Source: Macrostomum hystrix (Eukaryota; Animalia; Platyhelminthes). From it: DNA of 64,000 nucleotides. A program made the translations under genes and the position numbers. The stretch is from positions 2,976,001 to 3,040,000 of the forward strand of contig CATNEN010000002.1 in NCBI GenBank assembly GCA_950097015.1, in the 5' to 3' direction. Under the pieces are notes generated by a model. That model saw nothing but the letters and a program-made list of their open reading frames with translations. It made no database searches and was not told the DNA's origin. Positions 23,206-36,149 of the stretch are shown in pieces (within the stretch, counting starts at the first letter, position 1; the number at the start of each line of letters is the position of its first letter).

Positions 23206-25939
23206 GTTGATTCACTAGCTTCAAATTAATGAAAACTGCCGGTGCACGTTTAGTTCTGCAGTTAAAGTATATTATTCTGCTTGATGCCGGCTCGGTTGAA
23301 TAATATCTCAGCCATAGAAGCAGGTCGGTGTCGGTTGTATCCGTCTATTTTTAGAACATTTAACTAAAGGTGAGAGATTCACGCCTAGCCGGTCCGGGCC
23401 TAGCGGGAAGACGCCAACCAGCGCTACCCCCGGGCTACGGTCCCGGTCAATCAGCGTGCGACCCGACCTCATATCTGTCTAACCTCGGCGAGAAGTCGCG
23501 GGCTCATGCAGGACAGCGGCCGCGTGTCTTCTGTGATTTGTCACCTCGGCTCAGGCTACAGTTATGCAGGAAACATAATGCCCAGATCGTTTGTTCCGCC
23601 ACGCCTGACCACACTCCGCTTGTTCAGTTAGGTAGCTTTCAGCGCTACGCATCTTGAGAGTGAGTCGCTGGCAAGGGTGATCTAGATAGGCGCCTGTTGT
23701 CAAAGTCAGTACGTGGTGCTCTCTTCGGAGACTCCACCGTCAGGCAGAAGGACTTCCAACCGATAGAATCTGTCGGGGCAGCGCTGACTCTCTCGGGAAG
23801 AGTAGGGCGTGGTTTAGGCTAGCTAAGTAAAATTATAACTTTTCCCCTCTTTGTCGATACTTATTAAACTCCGTGCAAATCTTTCAATCATTCTGTGAGT
23901 GTATTTATCAGTTTCAATCTTTTTTACAGTGCTAATCTGTCAAGTAAATCTATAATCTTTAGTAAACGTGGATTTAAATCTGGATTTGAGCCTTCGAAAG
24001 TCCAATCGGCGAGTCTAGAAAATATATCGAATCATACTCACCAATTAAACCAAACTCGAGTTTTGTGTTCAACACAAGTGTTGTTGTTTTTTTCATTGGT
24101 AGTTTGGCCGGGCCAGAGATGGCGGTTTTTCACGGCTTATCTATCCTGTTCCCGCTCCATAATCTGTTTAATTTCAGGTTCCTGCCCTGCTAAAAGATTG
24201 GTAGGAAACCGACCCCGGTGAAGTGAGAAGTCGCTAGCTTTAAATTCTATACGGTACGCTCCAGCTAGGATATTCAAAAAGTCATTTATTACACGGTGAC
24301 TGAGCAAAGTTTGCGATCTGCGATCTGCGATCAGAAAAATATTTAGAGAAAATCGCATTTTTACTTCTTGTTAAAAAAAACTAAGAGACTTCCTTGATAT
24401 TGCATGTTGCATATTGCATCATATTCAAGTTGACAGCACCCATTGACCAACAGTCCGGAAAAGAGTGAAGTCCGATCTATAAAGAGTAGATAGCTCTGAT
24501 GTCGGCGATTAATACAATAAAAGCAGGACAGAAATCGATCACACAGCTTAATTGAAATTTAGTCGATCAAATCGCATCAAATAAAAAATGTATTTGTTTT
24601 AGTGTGCACTAGTTCTCAGAACAGAAACTGGCTGTAATTCAAGGAGAAAGCCAGCAATTCTAGTCAGTCTTTAAATTAAAGCAGGCCTAAACTAAACCTC
24701 ACTGGTACGAATAAAGTTGTATGCTTCACATAGATCAGTAAAATTTTAGGCTTTATCTGTTATGGATTTATAAAATGGTATATATTAACTATGATATTTG
24801 AAAAAATATTAATTGTTTTCTTGTTATAATTACTTAATACAGCTAAGTTATTACTGTGATGTGATTGTGATGTTTTGTGTTGCTATGCTTTACTTTTCCA
24901 CTCTAAAAACTTTCGGAGTGACCCTTGTACCATAATAAACAATTAGCTTTGTCTTAAATTTATCCTTAATTTTTTATATTTGTAAAAGATTCTCTTAGGT
25001 AGCTAGCTAGATGTTAAATTGACAAACCTATATTGGTTTTTTTCTATATCTTGGTGTTTTTTTTCAGAAAGTTCAGTGGCATTAGTTAAGTCTATGCTAT
25101 GCCTATTGTTTGGCTTTAATATTAATACTGCATGACCCTCAGGCCTCAAATTTTGATAGCCCAATCATAACTAGGCCTACTCTTCACAAGTAAGCTAGGC
25201 CCTACTACTACTATGAATGTTTTATTTATTGAAATTGAAAGTTTGAAACAAAGCAAAATGTATCAGAATTTTTTTCAACTATATATAGGCAAATGATATA
25301 AATACTTTTTCTATCTATAGGTTAACCTACATCATGCAAGAAGTTTTAAAACTGGTACCAAGGTCTAAAAACTGTTTGTTATCTGGATAGTGTTCTAACA
25401 ATTATTTAATTATTTCCAATCACAAGCATGCATGATGTACAGAAAATAAATATAATTATTAAATTAGTGAATTTTCCAAAATATTTAAATGAACCTCAAA
25501 CTTGAAATTGGGTTGTGTAGAAAACTAAAACACAAGTGGCTTTAATAGAGAGTATGCTTTTAAAGTACTAAATTTACTATAACATTGCCATACACTTTTA
25601 TTCTGCAATATGTTGCACAAAGATCCAAAGCCAATGATTAAATATGAATCTCATAAGATCAAATTGCCAAAGTCTTGTAATTAATTTTGTAGATTATAAT
25701 TTTTTATTACATTTACCTTTACTGTGTTTACTTTGTGAACTGTCACCTTTATCTAGCAGTGAAGAACATTTTTTATTCAGAAAAAAGAAACAATACAAAT
25801 ATTTGTATCTAACATTATGAGTATTGATTTACTCTTATTTATTTTATCAGTTTTGTAATTTAAAGTGAAAAAAACATGTGAAAAAATTGACTTGATGTTT
25901 CTTTAGCATCAACCAAACAAAATTACATTTTCAGCGAAA

Positions 25940-28900
25940 ATGGCCAATTTATTGTGGCAATATGAAGATGGACCTAATGTCTGGAAGAACTACTCGTCAG
26001 AGCACATGACAGCTCTAAATGCAGCTATTGCTGCTGATAGTAGTGCAGTGAGTGTATTTGCATTGTCAGTTGCCAGCTACATGTTTTCTAACATTAGAAA
26101 GTATACAAGCAAGATTTTCATTTTTAGTATATTAGATTTAAAATGACTTTATTATCACTTCAGTGCAACCTCAAGCTGCCAAACAGTTTCGAAGTGACTG
26201 TGGACTTTGACAAGGGCATTCAAAGTCGAAAAGGTGCTTCAGCATCAGCTTCGAGGAAGATGCGAGTTGTGTTTGTTCTAAAGCCTGTAGATGCTAAAGG
26301 TTCAGGCAAGTAAACTTTTATATAAACGTGGGCACATGCATCATTTATCACTAGCTGATGAGTAATGTATTATAACTGTAATGGGGCGCCACACCCTCCC
26401 TTAATTACCGCAGCTAATGCAATGTTAAAAGGACAGCTAAAGCATGTCCAAGACAAAAGTTTCAGTTTTTTTAAACGTAAAAAAAATAATTTTTAAACAC
26501 AGTTCTTATATGCTACTAGCATGAGTAGTGTGTATTGTATAATCGCTCTTTAAAACAATTCTTGATCGTCCACCGCTCAGAGTTGGCCGCATTGTGGCAG
26601 GCCGACCTGAAGCCGTGGGCCAACATGCCGCCAGGTCCAGCCTGCAAGCTCGAGGCGGCGCACAATCGCGGCGACTCGACGATCTCCGTCAGCATCGGCG
26701 GCAACGCCTACACTGTTGATCTGCGACGCCTCACCCAGACCAACGATAAGACCGGCTTTAGGCGCAACATCCGGCGAAGAGTTCTTCCTGAACGGGACTG
26801 GAAAGCTGCTGCTGCTGCTGCTGGTACGCTTTTAGATTGCACTTTTGCCTTTTATTCACTTCCACTGAGCCAGAGCATCCTATCAGCCTGTCACCCACAT
26901 CCTATCAGCCTGTCACTCACATCCTATCAGTCTGTCACTCACATCCTATCAGTCTGTCACTCACATCCTATCAGTCTGTCACTCACATCCTATCAGCCTG
27001 TCACTCACATCCTATCAGCCTGTCACCCACATCCTATCAGTCTGTCACTCACATCCTATCAGCCTGTCACTCACATCCTATCAGCCTGTCACTCACATCC
27101 TATCAGCCTGTCACCCACATCCTATCAGCCTGTCACTCACATCCTATCAGTCTGTCACTCACATCCTATCAGTCTGTCACTCACATCCTATCAGCCTGTC
27201 ACTCACATCCTATCAGCCTGTCACTCACATCCTATCAGCCTGTCACCCACATCCTATCAGTCTGTCACTCACATCCTATCAGTCTGTCACTCACATCCTA
27301 TCAGTCTGTCACTCACATCCTATCAGTCTGTCACTCACATCCTATCAGCCTGTCACCCACATCCTATCAGCCTGTCACTCACATCCTATCAGTCTGTCAC
27401 TCACATCCTATCAGTCTGTCACTCACATCCTATCAGTCTGTCACTCACATCCTATCAGTCTGTCACTCACATCCTATCAGTCTGTCACCCACATCCTATC
27501 AGCCTGTCACTCGCATCCTATCAGCCTGTCACCCACATCCTATCAGCCTGTCACTCGCATCCTATCAGCCTGTCACTCACATCCTATCAGTCTGTCACCC
27601 ACATCCTATCAGTCTGTCACCCACATCCTATCAGTCTGTCACTCACATCCTATCAGTCTGTCACTCACATCCTATCAGTCTGTCACTCACATCCTATCAG
27701 CCTGTCACCCACATCCTATCAGCCTGTCACTCGCATCCTATCAGCCTGTCACCCACATCCTATCAGCCTGTCACTCGCATCCTATCAGCCTGTCACTCAC
27801 ATCCTATCAGTCTGTCACTCACATCCTATCAGTCTGTCACCCACATCCTATCAGTCTGTCACCCACATCCTATCAGTCTGTCACCCACATCCTATCAGCC
27901 TGTCACCCACATCCTGTCAGTCTGTCACTCACATCCTATCAGTCTGTCTCCCGCCCTGTGAATCGCAGCGGTCCCGGACCCACGGCCGGCTGTCACTCGT
28001 CGGACCAGCGGTCGCCTAGCAGCTGCTGGGCGCAAGCGGCCGGCCGCGTCGCCGTCTCCGCCGCCCTCATCGGCGAATGGCGACGAAAGCGAAGACAAAG
28101 TCGCCGACGCTGAGCAAGACAAGAAGAGCAGCGGAAACAAAAAGCAGCCAGCTAAAAAGCAGAAGAAAGGCAGCACTGAAGCCGCCACTGCCAGTGACCA
28201 AGACAATCTCGATGAAGAAAAACCTGACGAGAAGGTGGTGATTGTGCGGGGCGCTGCCGCAGTTGATACCGAACTAACTGGCTTATCTGCTGCTTCAGTT
28301 CGAGTCTACACTGACGGTGGCGCAGTCTACGATGCCATGCTAAACCAGACTAACCTGCAGTTTAATAACAACAAGTTCTACCTGCTGCAACTGCTGCAGA
28401 AGCCGCCGCATCACTATTGGGTTTGGTTCCGTTGGGGCCGAGTTGGCAAGGCTGGCCAGCGCAGTCTGGTGCCCTGCGGACACGACCTAGATAGGGCCAA
28501 GGCTCTGTTCTGCAAGAAGTTTGAAGATAAGACTAAGAATGAATGGGCCTCTGTGGCCGCTAAAACCTTCAGGAAGGTGAGCTGAATATTTTTGTCAGTG
28601 TCATCTTAGATCTCTCATCCCCCTCGTTTCTTATCTCTTCTGTGCCGACTCTCTTACGTTTGTTATCTCTCTCCTGTTTTATCACTACTTCGTGTCTCAT
28701 TGTGTCTCATCTCATGTCTCATCTCTCTCGTATCTCATGTCTCATCTCTCTCGTATCTCATGTCTCATCTCACTCGTATCTCATGTCTCATCTCTCTCGT
28801 ATCTCATGTCTCATCTCTCTCGTATCTCATGTCTCATTTCTCTCGTATCTCATGTCTCATTTCTCTCGTATCTCATGTCTCATTTCTCTCGTATCTCATG

Positions 28901-31070
28901 TCTCATCTCGCCAGTGGCTCATGTCTCATCTCGCCAGTGTCTCATGTCTCATCTCGCCAGTGTCTCCTGTCTCATCTCACTCGTATCTCATGTCTCATCT
29001 CTCTCGTATCTCATGTCTCATCTCTTTCGAATCTCATGTCTCATCTCTCTCGTATCTCATGTCTCATCTCTCCAGTGCATCTCACTGTTATCAGTTAGTC
29101 TATCAGGAGTATCTCATAGTCCAGCCAATCGTAGATCGTTTAAGTTAGATCCAGGTATTGTGTATCATGTATTGTGTATCAACAGTGCATTGTTGACTGT
29201 TTCTCATTAGGTTCCTGGAAAGTACGATTTGGTGCACCGCGATCACAAGGCAGCCGTTGCTGACAACGAGAATGCCTCTTCGACCGTTGCCACCAAGGCC
29301 AAGAAGTCGTCAACGGCAGCTGCAGCCGAGGTCGCCAGCCGTCTCCACGCGGCAGTCCAGGCGCTGATAAGCTTAGTTTGCGATGTGCAACAGATGCAGG
29401 ACACGGTGGTTGAGATGCGTTACGATGCCAAACGGCTGCCGTTGGGCAAGCTGACGCCGGCTCAGATTCGCGCCGGATTCGCAGCCTTGAAAGCCGTGGA
29501 AGCGCTGGTCAGAGGCGGCCAGACAGCCGGGCAGAAGCTCGTGCAGGCGTGCAACGATTTCTACACCCGGATTCCGCACGACTTTGGCATGCGGGTGCCG
29601 CCAGTAATTCGCAGCCTAGAAGAAGTGCAGGCCAAGGCTGACCTGTTGCAGGCTCTGGAGCAGATCCAGACAGCCCTGAAGGTCGTGTCCGATGGCAGCG
29701 ATGCTGAAAGCGCCGAGCATCCTTTGGACAGGTGCTACCGCCGGCTGGCCTGCGACATTCAACCTGTTGACGCCACCTCTGACGAGTTCGCGCTAATCGA
29801 TCGCTACCTGCAGAATACTCACGGCCCTACTCACAATCTGTACAAGCTCAGCCTACTCACTCTGTTCAAAGTGCAGCGAACCGCTGAGACTGATAGATTC
29901 CGATCCGACCTGCCAAACAGAATGCTGCTGTGGCACGGCTCCAGACTTTCCAATTGGGCCGGCATCCTGTCTCAGGTAAGACTGCTGCGGCTCATCTCAT
30001 TTGCTCATGCCTACTCTCCTGTCTCAAATATTACCTTAATTATCTTATCTAATCTCGCACCTGTCCTATCTTATCTAATCTCGCACCTGTCTTGTCTTAT
30101 CTAATCTCGCACCTGTCTTGTCTTATCTAATCTCGCATCTGTCCTATCTTATCTAATCTCGCACCTGTCCTATCTTATCAATGTCGCACCTGTCCTATCT
30201 TATCTAATCTCGCACCTGTCTTGTCTTATCTAATCTCGCACCTGTCTTGTCTTATCTAATCTCGCATCTGTCCTATCTTATCTAATCTCGCACCTGTCCT
30301 ATCTTATCAATGTCGCACCTGTCCTGTCTTATCTAATCTTGCAGATGCCCCTGTCTTATCTAATCTCGCACCTGTCCTGTCTTATCTAATCTTGCACCTG
30401 TCCTGTTTTATCTAATCTTGCACATGTCCTTGTCTTATATAATCTCGCACCTGTCCTATCTTATCTAATCTCGCACCTGTCCTGTCTTATCTAATCTCGC
30501 ACCTGTCCTATCTTATCTAATCTCGCACCTGTCCTATCTTATCTAATCTCGCACCTGTCCTGTTTTATCTAATCTCGCACCTGTCCTGTATTACCTCACA
30601 CATGTCCTGTCTCTAATCCATTACATTTCGCGGCCCACTCCACCCACCCCACTCCGCAGGGCCTTCGAGTGGCCCCACCCGAGGCTCCAGTGACAGGTTA
30701 CATGTTCGGCAAGGGCGTCTACTTTGCCGATGTGAGCAGCAAGTCGGCCAACTATCTGTACGCCACTCGCAGCAAACCGTCTGGCATCCTGGCTCTGTGC
30801 GAGGTTGCATTGGGCACAAGCCGGGAGCTTGGCAAGGCCGACTATCAGGCTGCCAAGCTGCCTGCCGACTGTCACAGTGTCAAAGGCGTCGGCGAATTGA
30901 TGCCAGACCCGGCTGCGCTGGTAGTCCTGCCAGACGGTTGCCGAGTGCCGGCTGGCAAACTGGTGCCTAGCAACCAGCAGACTGTGCTCAATTACAATGA
31001 GTTTGTTGTCTACTCGGTTGATCAGCTCAGGCTGCGGTACCTTGTGCAGGTTCGATTCAACTTCAAGTGA
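25940..31070 (+). CDS. PARP2: Poly(ADP-ribose) polymerase 2-like, WWE-WWE-WGR-regulatory-catalytic, 6 exons, 756 aa
   Basis: Exons 25940-26047, 26164-26299, 26581-26823, 27969-28576, 29211-29975, 30660-31070 (phases consistent). Motifs WFRWGRVG, DFYTRIPHDFG, LLWHGS, GYMFGKGVYFAD, YNEFVVY (H-Y-E triad intact). Confidence 0.93.
26876..27948. repeat. 21-bp minisatellite CATCCTATCAG(C/T)CTGTCAC(T/C)CA x~50, PARP intron 3
   Basis: Directly visible. Confidence 0.95.
28690..29075. repeat. 23-bp minisatellite TCTCATGTCTCATCTCTCTCGTA, PARP intron 4
   Basis: Directly visible. Confidence 0.95.
30035..30590. repeat. 26-bp minisatellite CTTATCTAATCTCGCACCTGTCCTAT, PARP intron 5
   Basis: Directly visible. 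Confidence 0.95.
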
Positions 31071-31544
31071 CTCCTAGGTCAGCCCAGCAAGACAGTTCGT
31101 ACAGAACTCTATTATTTACACATTTTCTTTGTTTTTCTTCTCCACTGTCTGTCTCACACTCACAACTGATCAGTCAGGCTGTTGTTTGAGCTTGTCTAAA
31201 TCACACTCAGCGGTGTGAAATTCTCTTTAATAACAGAATGTGCCACTTCAGTGTGTTTTGTCACACAGGCTGGCGGTGAAGTGGCATCTTTTTTGCTGTT
31301 TTTTGTCTTCTGTTTAGTGAACAAGCCAAACTCCAGAAAATCACTTAATTCTTTATTTAATCAATTCTGTTTTGGCAGCTTAGTAAGCCAAAAGAATTAC
31401 TTGTCGTGTGATTTAGTGCTTAAAAATCTATCTTGTATCGCTGTTTTTATTCTAAACTCACCTTATATTTTTTAATATTTTTTAATTGTCGCTTCATTCC
31501 GTTCAGATAGTTTCAAATTTGCTTTTATTTGTCTTTTAAGCAAT

Positions 31545-31880
31545 CAATTGATTGATTACTTAATTGATCTATTGATCAGGTAATCAATTGATTGATAAGT
31601 TAATTGATCTATTGATCAGGTAATCCATTGATTGATTAGTTAATTGATCTATCGATCAGGTAATCCATTGATTGATTAGTTAATTGATCTATTGATCAGG
31701 TAATCAATTGATTGATAAGTTAATTGATCTATCGATCAGGTAATCCATTGATTGATTAGTTAAATGATCTATTGATCAGGTAATCAATTGATTGATAAGT
31801 TAATTGATCTATCGATCAGGTAATCCATTGATTGATTAGTTAAGTGATCTATTGATCAGGTAATCCATTGATTAGTTTAA
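31545..31880. repeat. 40-bp AT-rich tandem repeat x~8 (TAATTGATCTATTGATCAGGTAATCAATTGATTGATAAGT)
   Basis: Period 40 visible. Confidence 0.92.
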
Positions 31881-32479
31881 AAGGCAATCGATTGATAGAT
31901 TGTTTGATCGAATAGTTTATTGATTGATCAACCAGTTTAGCTGTAATCCTACTTGTTGTTAACAAGTTCGCACCTGCATTGTTATATTGTTTCCTACAAT
32001 TTTGTAGTCGCGTGCGTTGTGTTTCAGTTTCTGCACTTTCTTTCTAAAGCTAGCTGTCTTTATAAAATCAAATTATTCGTCTAGAAAATAAACTCAATAG
32101 GCGTGATAGCATAAAATGCCGGTTTCAATAGCCGCTGTTAATGGTTTTGTTGATTTTTTGTCTACATAAACTGCATCGATAACTGCATGTGAAGCTTCAA
32201 TAGGCCAGGAACATAAACACAATTATCTATTCTCCAGCAGAACAGCATTTCTTCTGTGCTTGCCTGCTTCTTAACAATTGCCATCGCTTTGTTAGTCGAA
32301 CAAACAAGCTGATTTTTAAGAGCGGACCGTCAAATCAGTCTTCATTCAATAACAAAAGCAAGCAAGGCCCTTTTCTTATTATTATTGTTGCCACCAGTAC
32401 CTCCATCCAAATACTAAGCCTGCCATCGCGTTGTCTGCTTTACACTTCTTATCTTCCTCTCCACTCCTCAGTGGCCTCT

Positions 32480-33375
32480 CCTGTCTCCCTCCACCTCTCA
32501 CCCCTGTCTCCCTCCACCTCTCACCCCTGTCTCCCTCCACCTCTCACCCCTGTCTCCCTCCACCTCTCACCCCTGTCTCCCTCCACCTCTCACCCCTGTC
32601 TCCCTCCACCTCTCACCCCTGTCTCCCTCCACCTCTCACCCCTGTCTCCCTCCACCTCTCACCCCTGTCTCCCTCCACCTCTCACCCCTGTCTCCCTCCA
32701 CCTCTCACCCCTGTCTCCCTCCACCTCTCACACCTGTCTCCCTCCAGCTTTCACCCCTGTCTCCCTCCACCTCTCACCCCTGTCTCCCTCCACCGCTCAC
32801 ACCTGTCTCCCTCCAGCTTTCACCCCTGTCTCCCTCCACCTCTCACCCCTGTCTCCCTCCACCGCTCACGCCTCTCTCCCTCTACCTCTCACCCCTGTCT
32901 CCCTCCACCGCTCACCCCTGTCTCCCTCCACCTCTCACACCTGTCTCCCTCCACCGCTCACGCCTGTCTCCCTCCACCTCTCACCCCTGTCTCCTCCACC
33001 TCTCACACATGTCTCCCTCCACCTCTCACCCCTGTCTCCCTCCACCTCTCTCACCCATCTCCCTCCACCTCTCACACATGTCTCCCTCCACCTCTCACCC
33101 CTGTCTCCCTACACCTCTCACACCTGTCTCCTCCACCGCTCACGCCTGTCTCCCTCCAACTCTCACCCCTGTCTCCCTCCACCGCTCACCCCTGTCTCTC
33201 TCCACCTCTCTCACCCATCTCCCTCCACCTCTCACACATGTCTCCCTCCACCTCTCACACATGTCTCCCTCCACCTCTCACACATGTCTCCCTCCACCTC
33301 TCACCCCTGTCTCCCTCCACCTCTCACACCTGTCTCCCTCCACCGCTCACGCCTGTCTCCCTCCAGCTTTCACTC
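32480..33375. repeat. 23-bp pyrimidine-rich minisatellite CTGTCTCCCTCCACCTCTCACCC
   Basis: Directly visible; upstream of GADD45GIP1, probably in a 5'-UTR intron (acceptor TTACTTTCAG near 33465). Confidence 0.93.
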
Positions 33376-33474
33376 CTGATGATTATGCAGAGTGGCAGGT
33401 AACACGGTGATGCTGAATTTTCACTGCCTCACTGTAGCACTGTTTTCCGCTGACATTACTTTCAGCTGGCATCG

Positions 33475-34404
33475 ATGAACCGCCTTAGTCGCGCGCCAAT
33501 GTTGGCGACGGCACTCTATGGCCAGGTGGTTGCTAAGCAACCAGCCCGCTGCCTGGCCCTCAAGCACGTTGAAAGTCGCTGGCGCCGGCCGCACTCCCTT
33601 GTAGACGACTTCAATCTTCGGCGTCGCGAGCCCGACATTCACGACCAGTGGATGTCAGAGCGGCGCGCCCGACTGAAGCAGCTGGACGAGGCTGTTGAAT
33701 TCGGCGAAATCGAACCGGCTGTCGCCGCCGCTGAAAGCGCCGCCGTTGTCTCTGACATCAGCGGCCTGCCCTGGCGATTGCGACGCCGCCGCCTGATGGC
33801 TTCGTCGAGGCCGGAAGATTTTCCACCTCCGGCTAGTTCGCTGGAGGCTGGCAGGGATTATCAGCGGGCCTGCATTGGCCGATTCGGAGTGGCGTCCACC
33901 GGGCTGGATCCGTCAGCTTGCTGGCCGGAGCCTGAGCAGCTGCGCGAGGCCAGCCTTCGGGATCGCTGGCTGGAGGGCGACGCTGACGGCTCCGGCCTGG
34001 CGGGCATTCTCAAGCGTCGCGCCGACGCCGCCGCAGATCGGAGGCGCCGCTTGGCTGAGCTGGACGCCAGAATCGATGCCGGGCTGGCCCGAATGCCCGA
34101 GGAGCTGGCCAAGTATGAGGCCCGGCTGGCCAAGGCGCGTCTCGCCAAGGAGGCCGCCGAGGCGGAGCGCCTGGCCCGCCTTGAAGAGGCCAGGGACCAT
34201 TTTGGCTTCAAAGTGGACTCCAAAGACGAGAAGTTTATCAAGCTGCAGGAGGTCAAGTCGGAGGAGGCCAAGAAAGCCAAGCGGGACAGGAAGAAGGAGG
34301 AGAAGAAAGCAGAGTCGGACATCCGGCTGAGGAAGAAGCTGGAAGCCGCCAAGGCGCAGCAGGAGAAGAAAGCTGACGATGCGGCCGGTGATGATGCTGA
34401 CTGA
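33475..34404 (+). CDS. GADD45GIP1: CRIF1 / mitoribosomal protein mL64 homolog, single coding exon
   Basis: YQRACIGRFGVASTGLDPSACWPEPEQL, long charged helix and HFGFKVDSKDEKF..EEAKKAK match the CR6-interacting family; basic N-terminus fits a mitochondrial presequence. Confidence 0.85.
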   Translation: MNRLSRAPMLATALYGQVVAKQPARCLALKHVESRWRRPHSLVDDFNLRRREPDIHDQWMSERRARLKQLDEAVEFGEIEPAVAAAESAAVVSDISGLPWRLRRRRLMASSRPEDFPPPASSLEAGRDYQRACIGRFGVASTGLDPSACWPEPEQLREASLRDRWLEGDADGSGLAGILKRRADAAADRRRRLAELDARIDAGLARMPEELAKYEARLAKARLAKEAAEAERLARLEEARDHFGFKVDSKDEKFIKLQEVKSEEAKKAKRDRKKEEKKAESDIRLRKKLEAAKAQQEKKADDAAGDDAD

Positions 34405-34721
34405 GCAGTTGCTGCTAATCATATTCGCCTCACAATACAAAATTGGGATTTCATGTTGATAATCCTTTATGCAGTTAATCCTATATGTGTTTAGTTCCAT
34501 TGCAGCCTTTCACCAAACACTGAAGGAGATTCGTGAATGCCTTCGCTGCTTATTTTATTTTTGGGGAAATCGACAAAAAAAATAATTGCAGGAGGGCTGT
34601 GGACGCAATGGCACAGCGAGGAGGCACTTCTGCCAATTCCACTGACTCCTGGCGCACGAATACTGTACACAGGCACACACTCACAGGTGTACATCGTCGG
34701 CCCGTGTACACTCTCACTTAA

Positions 34722-35700
34722 CTGGAACTGAATCGCAGAGTGGAGTTGAACTGGAGTGACTGAATCGCAGAGTGGAGTTGAACTGGAGTGACTGAATCAC
34801 AGAGTGGAGTTTAACTGGAGTGACTGAATCGCAGAGTGGAGTTTAACTGGAGTGACTGAATCACAGAGTGGAGTTTAACTGGAGTGACTGAATCGCAGAG
34901 TGGAGTTGAACTGGAGTGACTGAATCGCAGAGTGGAGTTGAACTGGAGTGACTGAATCGCAGAGTGGAGTTGAACTGGAGTGACTGAATCGCAGAGTGGA
35001 GTTGAACTGGAGTGACTAAATCGCAGGGTGGAGTTGAACTGGAGTGACTGAATCGCAGAGTGGAGTTGAACTGGAGTGACTGAATCGCAGAGTGGAGTTG
35101 AACTGGAGTGACTGAATCACAGAGTGGAGTTTAACTGGAGTGACTGAATCACAGAGTGGAGTTGAACTGGAGTGACTGAATCACAGAGTGGAGTTTAACT
35201 GGAGTGACTGAATCACAGAGTGGAGTTGAACTGGAGTGACTGAATCGCAGAGTGGAGTTGAACTGGAGTGACTGAATCGCAGAGTGGAGTTGAACTGGAG
35301 TGACTGAATCGCAGAGTGGAGTTGAACTGGAGTGACTGAATCACAGAGTGGAGTTTAACTGGAGTGACTGAATCACAGAGTGGAGTTGAACTGGAGTGAC
35401 TGAATCGCAGAGTGGAGTTGAACTGGAGTGACTGAATCACAGAGTGGAGTTGAACTGGAGTGACTGAATCGCAGAGTGGAGTTGAACTGGAGTGACTGAA
35501 TCACAGAGGTGAGTTTAACTGGAGTGACTGAATCGCAGAGTGGAGTTTAACTGGAGTGACTGAATCGCAGAGTGGAGTTTAACTGGAGTGACTGAATCGC
35601 AGAGTGGAGTTGAACTGGAGTGACTGAATCACAGAGTGGAGTTGAACTGGAGTGACTGAATCACAGAGTAGAGTTGAACTGGAGTGACTGAATCACAGTG
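34722..35700. repeat. 32-bp minisatellite AACTGGAGTGACTGAATC(G/A)CAGAGTGGAGTT(G/T) x~30
   Basis: Directly visible. Confidence 0.95.
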
Positions 35701-36149
35701 ATAGAGAGCAAAGTTGACGTCAATAACGTCTTAACAAACGATTGGCCAGTTAATTTATAGAACACGTGTGTTATTGGTCTAGTCCATAGTCTTAGCGTGA
35801 TATGTGTTTGTGTGATTCTGTTTAGCTGCAAACTAAAAACTTGCCACTGCTGCCTCTGTGGTTGTAACGAAATCGGATTCGTAGACATCGTTTGCTGCGG
35901 GTTTGATTCGCGCTACCCAGCCGCTGATGAGATTTGCTACAACTGCAGCCACGGCCTCTGAGTCTATTCTCATTTCCAAAGCTGAATCCTCATCCTCTGC
36001 GGGACTCAACTCACCCTGCTTCAAAGAACTGCTTTTGCTTAACCCTTTCCTCCTAGCTGCTAAGCATCTGTTTGTTTTCTCTACCTTCTCAACTATTATG
36101 TCTCCCCTTCCTTCTCATCTCGCCTCAATTACATTTTAAGTTTCTCCCT

